The translations under genes and the position numbers were made by a program. Positions 12,972 through 25,231 of a stretch of DNA of 64,000 nucleotides are shown one piece after another (within the stretch, counting starts at the first letter, position 1; every line of letters begins with the position of its first letter). The stretch is taken from positions 13,888,001-13,952,000 of the forward strand of contig JBHGNT010000008.1 of the NCBI GenBank assembly GCA_043228905.1, in the 5' to 3' direction. The stretch comes from Azolla caroliniana (Eukaryota > Plantae > Polypodiophyta). Under the pieces are notes generated by a model, which was not told the DNA's origin, ran no database searches, and saw only the letters and a list, made by a program, of their open reading frames with translations.

Positions 12972-13678
12972 TGTCGAGCCCTTCGGCTCCGGATCGTTGC
13001 GTGAGTCGGGTGGGAACCGCCGAGGTTTTGGACTAGGAGGAAGAGGAATACAACTTAAGGCTAGTTATGAATAATAGGAAGAGAAGTAAGATAGTAATCT
13101 CGTGAATCCCACGAGTTTAGTGTATTTTAAAACAATATTTAGATTATAAGAGTAATTTAGATGGCAAAATTTGTGAATCCCACGAATATATTAGATTGAT
13201 CAATCCTTCTATATTAATCAACAACCTTATACATATTTCTCTCCTCCTTATATAAAGATGGAAGAGGCTAAGCATGGCTTCATGCTTTTTCACCTAAAGT
13301 GTCCATGCACACTAAATGTGCATGTGATGCTTTGTCATTTTCTAAATATAGGGCTCATGCACGCTAGATGTGCATGAGTCACTTTTAATGGCACGTGTAA
13401 ATAAAATATTCACACTCTAAAGAATACATGATTTTTACCTTTTAATAAAGGTATGTGTAAATAAAGGTCTTATACGTATTAAATCTATATTTATAACACT
13501 AAAGATAAGTTATTACAATGGTAAAGTTGGGGTTTATCTACGTGGAGGTGCATGGTCCGAATCTTGCCCTATGCACGTGATAAATTCTTTTTGATATATT
13601 ATTTATTTATTTATATGTATCTAAAATCGGATATATTATTTTATGGTTTTCACGTAGTGTGCGGAATACACTACGACA
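12972..13678 (-). mobile_element. Solo LTR of the Trp-primed gypsy family, inserted between PR and RT of the 8713-16752 element
   Basis: TGTCGAGCC...CTACGACA; CCGC on both flanks; shares GAGTCGGGTGGGAACC and GGTTTTGGACTAGGAGG with the host LTRs. Confidence 0.92.
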
Positions 13679-15909
13679 CCGCAACTCATCCTCTACTTTT
13701 CGGTATTATTTCTTCTTTCCTCCGGTTACGGCTGTGTACGTAGATGCCCCATCCGGACCGATTCGTACTTGTTTTGCTCCACGAGTTTTCTTCCTGTGTG
13801 GGGTATCAGGGCTTCTCAGACTATCTCTTCCCCACTCCGCAACAGTCCGCTCTAAAAATCCATCCTTGTTTGGGACAAGAGCTCTCTCTTGTTCCTTTCA
13901 TGATTTGACGGCACAGTTAGGAATTGGACGGATTTCTCTCTGCTTTGACTCTGAATTCGTGCAAAAGCTGCACCGCTATTGAGTACCTTCATCTCCATCT
14001 ATGATGCCGTGATAAAGGGTTGCCCGAGGATCACGGAGTGTGAGACCTCATCTTGCACGAAGAAATTTTGGTCTATCTCCACATCTCCGATCTTCACCGT
14101 CACATCCGGACAAGCCGCAAATAGGTGTTATGTTGCTTTAGTGGCTGCCCGGATCTTCCATCCATGATTAGTATTAATAGGCCACTTCCCCTTTCGGTAG
14201 AACTCCCTAGACATCAAGTTGATCTCCGATCCGTAATCAATCAATGCTAGCACGGGCTCTTTGATGTTGCCGATTCGAACCGAAGTCTCCGTAGTTGCAC
14301 GTCCCCAATGTGGCCTTGTGTAGTGGGAGTTTGGAATTTCGTTCTCCAATTCGGTGTCATTCATTAAAACAGTATTTGCATTCACCCTTGGAGCATTTTC
14401 CTCCGTACTTTGTCTTTTTCTCTTCACAAGATCCACAAGAAGATCATGGAACTCCTTCTTTGCTATTCTAAATAATTCCCAAAGCGAAAATTTCACCCGG
14501 CTATCGAGGATTCTCTCCTCGAACACTTTTTTCAAGTCCATTTGTTGTTCGATGTCCGAGGCGGGTTTGAATGCCGGAATCGTCTTTTCTTTCCCCTTCC
14601 CTCCGGAGTTCCAGCTTTCTAGTGTCTTTGATGGTCCGGCCGCATCATCCATGCGTTGTCGTTTCTCGTCTACATACACCTCATGCAATTGGCATAGGGC
14701 GTATACACTATTCTTATCAACGGGACACTCCCATCTCGTAGTTTCTCGGATGCCTTCCGCGGTGCTTCGGATATCATTGGAATCGGTTTTTTCAGGGTTT
14801 TCTAGCACTTCCGGCCAAAAAGACACCTTTGCTCCGATGACTCCCCGACATGTATTCCCGCAGTTGTCGCATAATTGCTTTTCGCTGTTATTTCCTCCTC
14901 GAGGACCTTCTTCATGCCGCCTCTCCGGAAGTTTGGTCGGAGTGGCTTCCAAGAGTCCATCGAATGGATCCGATTTCCCTCGTAGTAGATAAGATCCCGT
15001 CGTAACGCCTCCTTGTGCTAGTCGCAATCCCTCCGATCATGTTCGGTACTATCGCACCATATGCACCGATGATCCATATACTTGGAGCTTGTGGGACGGT
15101 CATCCGACTTCTTTACCATCGCGATTTTCAGATTCTCCATTTCTTTCAGCAACTGCTCCACCGTGGTTGCATCGATTCCCTTCTCGGTCGTAGTCTCCTG
15201 AGCCCTCGGTTGATGGTCTTCCAATCCGGATCTCGGTTTCGGAATTGGTTTTGAAACCCTTTTTTCTTCGCTAGTAAGCCATTGCCCCCTCTTCGTGTAT
15301 CGCACGATGATATCCCACATGCTTTCCCATGTTTCGGTGAGGCCACTGTCAATGGTCATGTCCTCCAAAAGCACTCCAAGATCTTTCCGGTCCCAGATGT
15401 CCATGGCTCATAGGAACATGATCACTTTGTCCGGTGCGAGGATAGCTTGATCTCTCGTAGACAACCTCCCGAACTGACTTTCGAATGATGAAAACACATC
15501 GAGGACCTTCATCCCCTTATCCGGTGTTTCCACCCAATCTTCGAATCCCCTCCTTGTTTCCTTGGAGGAGTCCTCAATGGCGAACGTGGTCTTTAGCGCC
15601 TCTTCAAATGCCTCCCATGTCGGATTGTGCTGCCGTATCCCGTGGATACTCCCTTGAAGCCCGTCGGTCGCCACCCGGTTGAAGGATGTCACTTGCAGTC
15701 CTTTCGAAATCTCGCACCGTAGCATTTCCACCTTGTAATCTCGCAAATTTCGTGACACATCTTTCCCGTTGAATTGCCCGTTCCATTCCACGAGCCGCTC
15801 TACTGCCGCTGCAATCTCTGACATCGCGGGTTGTTCTTGTAGCATCCGCTCAAACATCGCCATCATGTTGTTAGCCCCCGGTTGATTTTCCATCTCCTTG
15901 CCACCCAAT

Positions 15910-15927
15910 TTCACGTCGGGTTCACCA
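15910..15927 (-). promoter_or_regulatory. Primer binding site complementary to tRNA-Trp
   Basis: Minus TGGTGAACCCGACGTGAA, 4 nt from the 5' LTR; matches the recalled 3' end of plant cytosolic tRNA-Trp (UUCACGUCGGGUUCACCA). Confidence 0.85.
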
Positions 15928-17755
15928 CTTGTGTCGTGCCTTTTGGCGTCGGATCGTTGCATGAGTCGGGTGGGAACCATCGGGGTTTTGGACTAGGAGG
16001 AGGAAGAATTTGAGGCTAATCTAGTTATGATTAGATTACAAGAAAGAGATATAGAAACTTGTGAATCCCACAAGTATAGATTATTAGATTTATTACTATT
16101 TAGAATCCTAATTACAATTTATCATAGATTGGAAGCGAGAGATTATATAAAACTTCGTGAATCCCACGATTATATTTTATTAATTGGTGTTTTAGGAAAT
16201 ATATCTAATTTCCAAAAATTTCACCCCCCTATTACATTGTGCTCCCCATCCTTATATAACAATGAGAGAGTCTTGGCAATCCATGCTTTTTCTAAAGTCA
16301 TATATTTTTTATCGACTATTATGTTCATGCACACCATATGTGCATGTGTAGCTTTTTCTTTTACCATGTGTTTTCTTCTAACTAAAGTTTATCCTAGTGT
16401 ACACTTACCTTTCTATGTGGGACGTCTATTTTTTTAACACTAATAATATGTTAGTGTAATGGTAAAGCTTCACATTATGTACATGGAGGTACAAGGTTCA
16501 AATCTTCCCTATGCATGTAAGAATATTTTTTTTCTATTTACAAATTTGTCTCTTCATCCGGTGAGAGACTCCCATCGGCCTTCTTTATCCGGCTCTTGCT
16601 GATTCTGCTTGATCCGATTCTTACCGGGTCCTCCTTCATTCGGTTTTCACCGGTTCTCCTTACCATGTCCTCCTTACCGGTTCCTCCTTGCCATCCCATC
16701 CGGAGGAACCAAAAATGTAATTTTCACGTAGTGTGCGAATTACACTAGGACAACGTGAGCGCCGAAAAAGCTCAACAATATGAAGACTTATCATAGCAGG
16801 TTCATCAACTTGATGCGACTATATTGTCATTACGAGAGCAAGCGTCAGGGGCTTAGAACTTCACTAGAGAGCCAAAGATCAGCCTCCCCGCCAAGTTTGA
16901 TGGTACGAGGTCTTTATTTCGAAGCTTTTTGAATCAAGTTCGTCTGGTTATTCAGCTACATCCCAATCGGTATCCAACTGATGTTGCTCGTGTGGGATTA
17001 GTGGGAACTTTGATATGCAGTATAACGTTAGCATGGTTCGCACCACTTCTCGAGAAGAAATCACCATTGCTGGAGGATTTTGAGGCATTTGTTAAAGAGT
17101 TTCAAGCTAGTTTCGGAGACACCGACATCACTAGGACAACGATAAACAAGATTCGAAGGCTCCGACAAGGAGATCGTCCTGCGTCAGCTTACGTAACCGA
17201 TTTCTGTCTCTTGGCATGTAATATCCCTTGGGATGAGGCAGCCTTAATGTATCAATTCCTTCAAGGTTTGTGAAATGATGTCAAAGATCTTCTTCTTACT
17301 TTCTCTAAAGATCTGAAGTCGCTTATAGAAGCCATTAGTCGAGCCGTGTGATGTGATAATCGCCTATTTGAGCAATGTTCTGAGCGCCAACAAATGTTAC
17401 ACCGTCAACCTGAGCAGACTTACGCTTTCGTGGTTGCAATGCCTCCACAAGTTTCTAGACCCATTACAAGGGATGACCCAACTCCGATGGAAATAGAGTC
17501 AACACAACGTCGTGGGCCATTATCAGATGCTGTGAAGCAACGGCGTCAAGCGCATCGCCTCTGCCTATATTGTGGCAGTCCAAGACATATAGATGTAAAT
17601 TGTCCACATAAACTTAGGCATCAAGTATACCAAGTAAGTGCCCATGAAAACCCTACATCGAGTTCTATTGTTACTTCTAATAACATAAGTAAGCCTCATA
17701 GTCCATGCCATGAGAATAGATTCAATGTCTTGAGTCAATTAGAGGATGTGTTAAA

Positions 17756-20700
17756 CGAGTAATTTCGGCCAAAATAGGAACCATTTGGCTGGACCATCCT
17801 AGCTATGTAGAGTTAGTTCCTAGTCATGGTTCCATTTCATCAAATCAAGTGAGTAGAGTTTTTTCAGCACAAGTCGAGCTTACCACATCTACATGTCATC
17901 AAGTCCTAACCTCTGCCCTCCTAGATTCTGGAGCCAACTCTTGTTTCATGGATCGTGAATTTGCCTTGTCACAAAACATCCTCTTGAATAAGCTTCCCAG
18001 CCCAATAGCTATAGGAGTCATTGATGGACGTCCCAAAGCATCAAGAGATATAGTCGAGGAGTCCGAGCCAATTAGGGTAGTTCTTGGCGATTTGGCAAGC
18101 ATAATCTCTTTCAACATTATTCGTAGTCCGGAACACCGAATAGTTCTAGGTCTCCCTTAGTTTGAACTCCATAACCCGAAGATTGATTGGATGAAAAGAA
18201 CAATTGAGGAGACCCGGGAAAAAAGCACAAACCCCGCATCCCTCTCTCCTACATGTGATAATAGATCCCCGGAGTTATCGACCATCTCTTTATGATAGTT
18301 GCTGGAGGAAGGGGGGAACGAGGCCATGTTCGTCTTCATAATAGTAGCAACTCCATCATCCACTTCACTGGAAGCAGACATTAAAGTACCAAAGAAATAC
18401 AAGGAGTTTTTAGATATTTTTGATAAGGTGAAGGCCAATACATTGCCGGAGCATCAGCCATACGACTGCCATACAACTAGGGAAAGAACCTCCATGGGGC
18501 CCAATTTATAATCTCTCCCCTACAGAGCTAGAGACTTTGCGGGAATATATTGATGAGAATCTGGCAAACAGATTCATTCGGCATTCTAGATCCCCTGTAG
18601 GTGCACCTATCTTCTTCATTAAGAAGAAGAATGGGACTCTTCAGTTGGTCATGGATTATCGAGAGCTAAACAAAGTGACTATCCAGAATAGATATGCTCT
18701 ACCATTAATCCCGAATCTTTTGGAATGTCTCAGTGGTGCAAAATATTTCACAAAGTTGGACCTTTGCGAAGCATATAATCTAGTTCGGATTCGCCCAAGG
18801 GATGAACGGAAGACAACTTTTCGCACTCACTATGGACATTTTGAGTATACTGTGATGTTATTCGGTCTCACGAATGCACCTGTTGTTTTCTAACATAAGG
18901 CGAACGATATTTTTCGAGATTTTCTTGATATCTGCATTATAGTTTACCTAGATAATATTTTAATCTACCCGAAGACCCAAGAGGAGCATGACGAACATGT
19001 TTGTCAGGTACTGTGTCGACTCCGAGAATATGGTCTCTACGCAAAATTACAAAAGTGTAGTTTCGGCCAGAATCAAGTGGAATTTTTGGGGTATGTTGTA
19101 TCATCGGATGGTATTTCTATGGATCCCATGAAAGTACAAGAAATTTAAGAGTGGCAAACGCCCCTTTCAGTGCATGATGTGCAATGTTTTCTCGGGTTTG
19201 CAAATTTTTATCGAAAATTTATTAAAGATTATTCCAAGGTTGTGCTTCCGCTTGCTCAACTCACACATAAAGATTAGCCATTTATATGGAGTTCAAATGC
19301 AGCCGAGACATTCGAAAGCTTAAAACAAGCATTTACAACGGCACATATCTTAACACATGTCGACCCAACAAAACGCTTCATCCTCGAAGCCGATGCATCT
19401 GATTTTGCATTAGGAAGTGTCCTCTCACAGACTGGAGATGATGGACAGCTACACCTTGTCGCCTTTCATTCACGAAAGTTTGAAGCTGCAAAGATCAACT
19501 ATGAGATCCATGACAAAGAGCTTCTTGCAATTGTGGATTCGTTTAAACAATGGCGACATTTTCTAGAGGTTCTTCTGAACAAATCATTGTCTACAATGAT
19601 CATAAGAACCTGACTTATTTTCAAAATGCTCGAGTCTTGAGTCGGCGACAAGCCCGGTGGGCGCAATTTTTGACTCACTTCGACTTTATGATCATATATC
19701 GCCCTGGGATGTAGCAAGGAAAAGCATATGCTCTTTCTCGGTGCTCTTATATGGAACTTCGTCCAGGGGAACCTGCATTTGAGCATCAAAAACAAATCCT
19801 TTTGGGTCCTAATCGATTACAATTAATGGTAGTTAACGCCATAACTCTTGAAAATTCCACTCATCTTGACTCCATTTGAGATCATATGGCCACTGATGAT
19901 TTCGCCAAGGATGTTTTGGATCATATCGTCCCGGATCGTGCTTCTTGCTCACGGTCAAAAAATCCTCGTAATGACTATCGTCAGTTCTATTGGCATGGTG
20001 GTTTTCTATTTCGACAAAATCTATTGTATGTTCCTAATGGTCCCCTACGACTACAAGTTTTACAACATTGCCATGACTCATCTATGGCTGGTCATTTTGG
20101 AGTTCGCAAGACTCTAGAATTAATTTCTCGACGCTATTGGTGGTCTCTCCTTCGTCATTTTGTTGAGGATTATGTTCGGAGTTGTGATATATGTTGTCGA
20201 TCAAAGAGTCCTCGTCACCGATCCTATGGCTTACTACAACCACTTCCCATTCCAGAAACTCCTTGGAAGTCTATATCCTTGGACTTCATTACTGATCTCC
20301 CAGTTTCAGAAGGTTTTGATGCAATTCTCACAATGGTTGATCGATTTACCAAAATGGCACATTTCTTGCCATGTACAAAGTCGATTACTAGTCAAGAGGC
20401 AGTTGATCTCGTTATGTGGGAGGTATTTAAGCATCATGGTCTGCCGGAGTTTATTATTAGTGATCGTGGTCCACAATTCATCTCAAAGTTTTGGAAGCAC
20501 ATGTTCAAACTTCTCCACATTTCGATTAAGCTTTCTTCGGGCTATCATCCCGAAACAAATGGCCAAACTGAGTGTACCAACCAAACGTTGGAACAATATC
20601 TTCATTGTTTCATCAACTATCAACAAGATGATTGGGTTGATTTTTTGCACTTGGCGGAATTCGCTTACAACAACTTACCCCATTCTTCTACAGGATATTC

Positions 20701-21388
20701 CCCATTTTTCGCAAATACGGGCTGTCATCCTCGGTGGATGATGAATGCACATCCAGACGTTCCTACCAACCCTGCTGCTGAGGATCGTCTTAGTCGCCTC
20801 CAAGAAATTCACGCTACCATTCTCCACAATTTGCATGATGCTCAAGTTACACACAAGAGGCTTGCCAATCGTCATCGTCTAGACTCCTCAAAAAAGTTCC
20901 GCGTTGGGGATCGTGTATGGCTTCTCCAACACAACCTCAAGACCACTCGACCTTGCAGTAAATTGGATTACCAACGTTTTGGCCCTTACATGATCATTGG
21001 TAAGATAAGTGATGTTGCATTTCGTCTTGACCTCCCTCCGCACATGCATCTTCACCCGGTGTTTCATGTATACCTTTTGGAACCTTATACTACAAGTTCA
21101 ATTTTGGGCCGTCTTACGACACCCCCCACCACCTATCGAGTTCTTGGATGGCCCGAATTTGAAGTTGTTTCCGTTCTCGATTCTAAAATCGTGCACAACA
21201 AGGTGTATTACTTAGTCGATTGGCTAGGCTATACCCCCAATGATCGAACTTGGGAACCTGCTGCAAATCTTTCCAATGTTGCGAAACTCGTCACAGCATT
21301 TCATCGCCAATATCCTTGTAAACCAGGTCCTAATACAAACCCTACGACCCGTGACACATGTCGTCGAAGAAGGGGGATAGTGTCATGA
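17756..21388 (+). pseudogene. Chromovirus pol (PR-RT-RH-INT-chromodomain)
   Basis: ALLDSGA (PR); [21 protein letters not shown] and FTKLDL (RT); 500-aa ORF 19886-21388 with HHCC, DDE core, GPY and chromodomain EFEVVSVLD...YLVDWLGY...TWEP. Confidence 0.93.
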
Positions 21389-22306
21389 TAACACTCACAT
21401 CATGCATCGAAAGGATCATGACACTCTCACATTATGACTCGAAAGGACCCACGACCTTGTTGTACACATGTCAAATCCTTAACCATTGTATTAGTATTCT
21501 TATCTATATAATTTTTAGAATATGACATCTAATATCATAGGAATATTCTATATTGCTCTACATTCTAGAATGGCCTAGAATATTCTAGAGTGTTTTGGAA
21601 CCTTCTAGAATACTCTAGAGATCTTCTAGATTACTCTACATTCTAGGATAACCTAGAATATTCTAGAGTGTTTTGGAACCTTCTAGAATACTCTAGAGAT
21701 ATTCTAGATTACTCTTCATTCTAGGATAACCTAGAATATTCTAGAGTGTTCTCTATTACTTATAAATAGGGATCTACAACTCATCCCAAACCTAAATTTG
21801 TTCAACTGGAACCTTCTAGAATACTCTAGAGATCTTCTAGATTACTCTACATTCTAGGATAACCTAGAATATTCTAGAGTGTTCTCTATTACTTATAAAT
21901 AGGGATCTACAACTCATCCCAAACCTAAATTTGTTCAACGCTCTAGAGCGTTGAACAAATTTAGGTTTGGGATGAGTTGTAGATCCCTATTTATAAGTAA
22001 TAGAGAACACTCTAGAATATTCTAGGTTATCCTAGAATGTAGAGTAATCTAGAATATCTCTAGAGTATTCTAGAAGGTTCTAGTGGTATAGAACACTCTA
22101 GAATATTCTACGTCATTCTAGAATGTAGAGTAATATAGAATATTGTGATATTAGATGTCATATTCTAAAAAGTATACATATAAGAATATTAATACAACGG
22201 TTAAGGATTTGACATCTGTATAACAAGGTCGTGGGTTCAAATCCTTTCGAGTCATAATGTGAGTGTCATGATCCTTTCAATGCATGATGTGAGTGTTATC
22301 ATGACA
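21381..22306. repeat. Palindromic 3' LTR (U3 plus inverted U3) with TCTAGA-rich tandem units
   Basis: Symmetry centre GCTCT|AGAGC at 21944/21945; inner arms 21809-22080 nearly perfect; outer arms roughly 90% identical by eye; direct duplication of 21677-21806 at 21810-21939. Confidence 0.92.
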
Positions 22307-22899
22307 GTTCTCATACCGGAAAGTCCTTGTATGTTGACTCCGGCACTGCTCCATTTGTTCCTTCTACATAGCTCTAGTAGCCCTGCCCCAGCAAATACTG
22401 GTGCATCTTGTACAACCAAGAGGCATAGTTGCTCTGGTCAAGCATTTCCGTAAGAAGCAAACTTGCAATGTTTCTGTCCATTTCTTTCCTTCTTTTCTTT
22501 TCCAAAACCGAGTACTTCTGTCTGTCTTGTTTGCTTTCTTTTCTATCAATTGTAGAGGAGTCTCAACCCTCACGGTTTGATACCATGCAAAAGTTATGTG
22601 CGGAAGCTATGCGTACAACAAAATAATGAACAAAAGGTTTAATGGAAGGCTTAGAACGAAAGAAAACATAGAGTACTCGGGAGAGATAGTGAGAGCAAAA
22701 AACACATAAACTTAATTCAAACAATATAATATGATCTATATATAGGATGTGCTCAGAGAACACTTTTATACAAGTCCATACGAACTAACAGAAATATTGA
22801 CTCGTACTTCAATGCTCATTAATGAGCCCCTACACTAACTCCCAAAATATATTCCTCCGCAGAATATCCATCCAACGGCCTCCCGGTTTACACACCCAA

Positions 22900-23795
22900 T
22901 GTTGAGCTTATATCTGAACGAACGGTCTTTTCGTGTCGGATCTCTTTGTCAAACTGGTATGGCTTGAAGGCTGAGGAGGTGTATTCTACTACGTTGTTGG
23001 ATAGGAGTGTCTTCACTCTGTATCCTGACCAGTTCTCCACTTCAGCTATCCACCGAATGAAGACCTCGAGAGCTTCGTCTTTTGACCTAATTGAAGAGGC
23101 CCTGTGTACAATCATCTACAAATGTGATGAACTATTGGGAGCCTCCTAGTGATCGCTCAGGCATAGGCCCACATATATCTATGTGCACGAGCTCTAGTGG
23201 TTGTCGTATTGTCTCGTAATGCAGAGAGTGCGAACTTCGGGTCTGTTTCCCATATCGACAATGCTCACAGAAGTCCATCTTTGCTTGGAGTTTAGGAATG
23301 TAGCCAACCGCCATCAGCCGATCTAGGTCGACTTGAGACTTATGGCTGAGTCAGCCATGCCATAGGTTCGGGTCAGTGTTTTCGGCTATGTTCATGACCC
23401 CTTCTGGATTGATTGACATCATTGGATACAAGTTGTTGTACTTGTGTCTGCATCCAATTTTTAGGTTTCCACGGCTGATCATTCATGTCGACTCATTTAG
23501 AGTTGTTCTGTGTTGGTACATGTTGGACTTTGTGGAATTTGACAGTTGAATTGGTTCTTCACCAATTCTTGTGATTCTGCATTCCTGCCCATTGCCTAGT
23601 CAGACTGTGTCATTGGCGCTAACCAAATAGTTCGAGAACCATTCAATGTTGGGGGTCACATGAAATGTGGCACCCTAGTCCAGTAACCATATGTGTGCAT
23701 CTTGATCATTGTAGAGGACTTCTCTGATCATCGAGTCCTCTAAGGAGAGGATTTCTCCTAATCAGGTGTCGGCAACATTGACTTGGTTGCCGACT
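22900..23795 (-). pseudogene. Decayed copia protease/integrase fragment
   Basis: FCEHCRYGKQ, LELVHIDICGP and KDEALEVF motifs; protease-like WLLD*GATFHV near 23690. Confidence 0.8.
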
Positions 23796-24754
23796 AGAGA
23801 GTGGTTCGAGTCGGATCGTCCCCGATTCTGCTCGGATCACTGACCACTCTTTTTAATCTTGATTGGACCACCAGTCGGAAACATTGTGATGAGCTTTTCT
23901 GCAATGGGTGCAGAATTCGCATATTGTTATATTGTTGTATGTGCGTAACTGTTGTATAGAGAGAGAGAGAGGTACAAAGCGGAACTCTGTTGTAACCGCC
24001 GCTTGGCGAAGATACAGAGCTTGAGGTCGTTGCCTCTAAGTCTCTGATTGTACCTTTCTTATATAGTGATAGCTTGGAGTCTGTGGACTCCCGTGGTTTT
24101 TCCCTATTAGGGTTTTCCACGTAAACATCTTGTGTACTCTCTATTGTTCGTGTGTGTGCATGTACTAATCTCCAACCCCATTTTTGTGTTTGATTCTCAT
24201 CGAAGTGATTCAAGACTCAATTGTGGCTGAGCAATATTCCGCGCTATTTCCTACAAACTGGTATCAGAGCGAAACAAAGGAAATGGAAGAATCATTTGAC
24301 GGCATGTTCAAGCTCACCGGCTCCAACTAATCAGTGTGGAAGTCGAAGATGAGGGATATGGTGGTGGTTAAAGTTGTTTGGTTGCCGGTTTAGTTCGGGG
24401 ACAAGAGACTGAATAAGATCAACACCACAGTGTGGGAGGTGATGCACATCAAGAGGACGGCATACATCCGTTGCTTCATCGACATGAGCCTGTACAACAA
24501 TTTCAATGAAGAAAGTAATGTTGTGAATCGGGTTTCGGTATTTTGGAAGCTAGTGAGGCTCCGATAGCAGGACGACTCCAGTATGGCAGAGCACATGAAT
24601 GCATTTTGGGGACTGATAAACCAGGCTACCTCGTTGGAGGTAACTCTCGCCGATGAGGTACTTGCATTACTCCTGCTTGGTTCCCTCCCGGATAGTTGGG
24701 AGATGCTAGTTGTCACGTTGGGCAATGCAGGGCCGGAAGGAAAACAGTTGTCCC

Positions 24755-24805
24755 TGTTGTGACTTGAGAATAGGAGAGAGAAAAATAAGATGACAATAGA
24801 AGGTA

Positions 24806-24857
<52 letters not shown>

Positions 24858-25231
24858 ACATTAGAAATGGAAAGAGAGTTTATATTATAAGAGAGCAAGG
24901 ATTACAAAGAGTAGGCTAAGGGGCTACAAACTGGACCGTGTTGAACCGAATGAGTTGTGATGAATAAATAGACACCTGTTTATATGTCCTTATGGAGTAT
25001 TCTAGAATGTTCTAGAATATTTTAGATATTTATGATATTTAATATAATCATGGAATATCCTAGAATGTTCTAGAATGTTCTAGAATACTCTAAATATCTT
25101 GTAATAACTAATAATACATTTATTATAACTATACATTATATATGTTAGTATAATGGTTAAAGGTCTAACATATAGACCAAGATGTCTTGGGCTCAAATCC
25201 TTATAAGGCCAAAATGTATGTCTTCATGACA
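24755..25231 (-). mobile_element. Solo LTR related to the chromovirus LTR
   Basis: Minus strand begins TGTCATGAAGAC; TCTAGAAT array; GTCCC TSD (24750-24754, 25232-25236); contains (AG)n. Confidence 0.88.

Larger units (their letters stand above)
8713..16752 (-). mobile_element. Non-chromovirus Ty3/gypsy, tRNA-Trp-primed, 4-bp TSD; LTRs 8713-9547 and 15932-16752
   Basis: LTRs TGTC...GACA, highly similar; ACGT on both flanks (8709-8712, 16753-16756); PPT minus GGAGGGGGCAAG at 9548-9559; gag, PR (ALIDYGSEIN), RT (LPQGATNS, PFLNDI), RH (VTVDTSP) and INT (HRG..C..C, GKIERGH) on the minus strand. Confidence 0.93.
8594..17762 (+). pseudogene. Chromovirus gag, split into 8594-8712 and 16757-17762
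   Basis: MESVSKQEY...DLEHV continues after the insertion to REPKISLPAKFDG, LRQGDRPA..Y, PTPMEI and the zinc knuckle CLYCGSPRHIDVNC. Confidence 0.85.
8314..22306 (+). mobile_element. Ty3/gypsy chromovirus (Tcn1/sushi-like), interrupted by the 8713-16752 element
   Basis: TGTCATGATAAC...GTTATCATGACA ends; flanks GATCT (8309-8313) and GTTCT (22307-22311) form a 5-bp TSD with one mismatch; gag, PR, RT, RH, INT and chromodomain in order; PPT GAAGAAGGGGGATAG 21366-21380. Confidence 0.9.
5918..22892 (-). mobile_element. Copia element B (decayed; host of the chromovirus): pol/gag 5918-8313, gag N-terminus 22312-~22480, 5' LTR 22586-~22892
   Basis: RT (HQMDVKN, LLYVDDL), integrase (IHSDVCGP, EQNGVVER), protease (WYVDSGASNHM); gag continues across the insertion; Met-type PBS TGGTATCA at 22585-22578. 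The LTR outer end is approximate. Confidence 0.8.

Noticed and set aside
21540-22140. CRISPR-like or MITE interpretation of the TCTAGA repeats
   Set aside because: No unique spacers; the block starts right after a PPT and matches the element's 5' LTR, so it is LTR-derived.
8314-22306. DIRS/tyrosine-recombinase element or DNA transposon, because of the inverted termini
   Set aside because: It encodes a DDE integrase with chromodomain and has a PPT and 5-bp TSD; no recombinase or transposase is seen.
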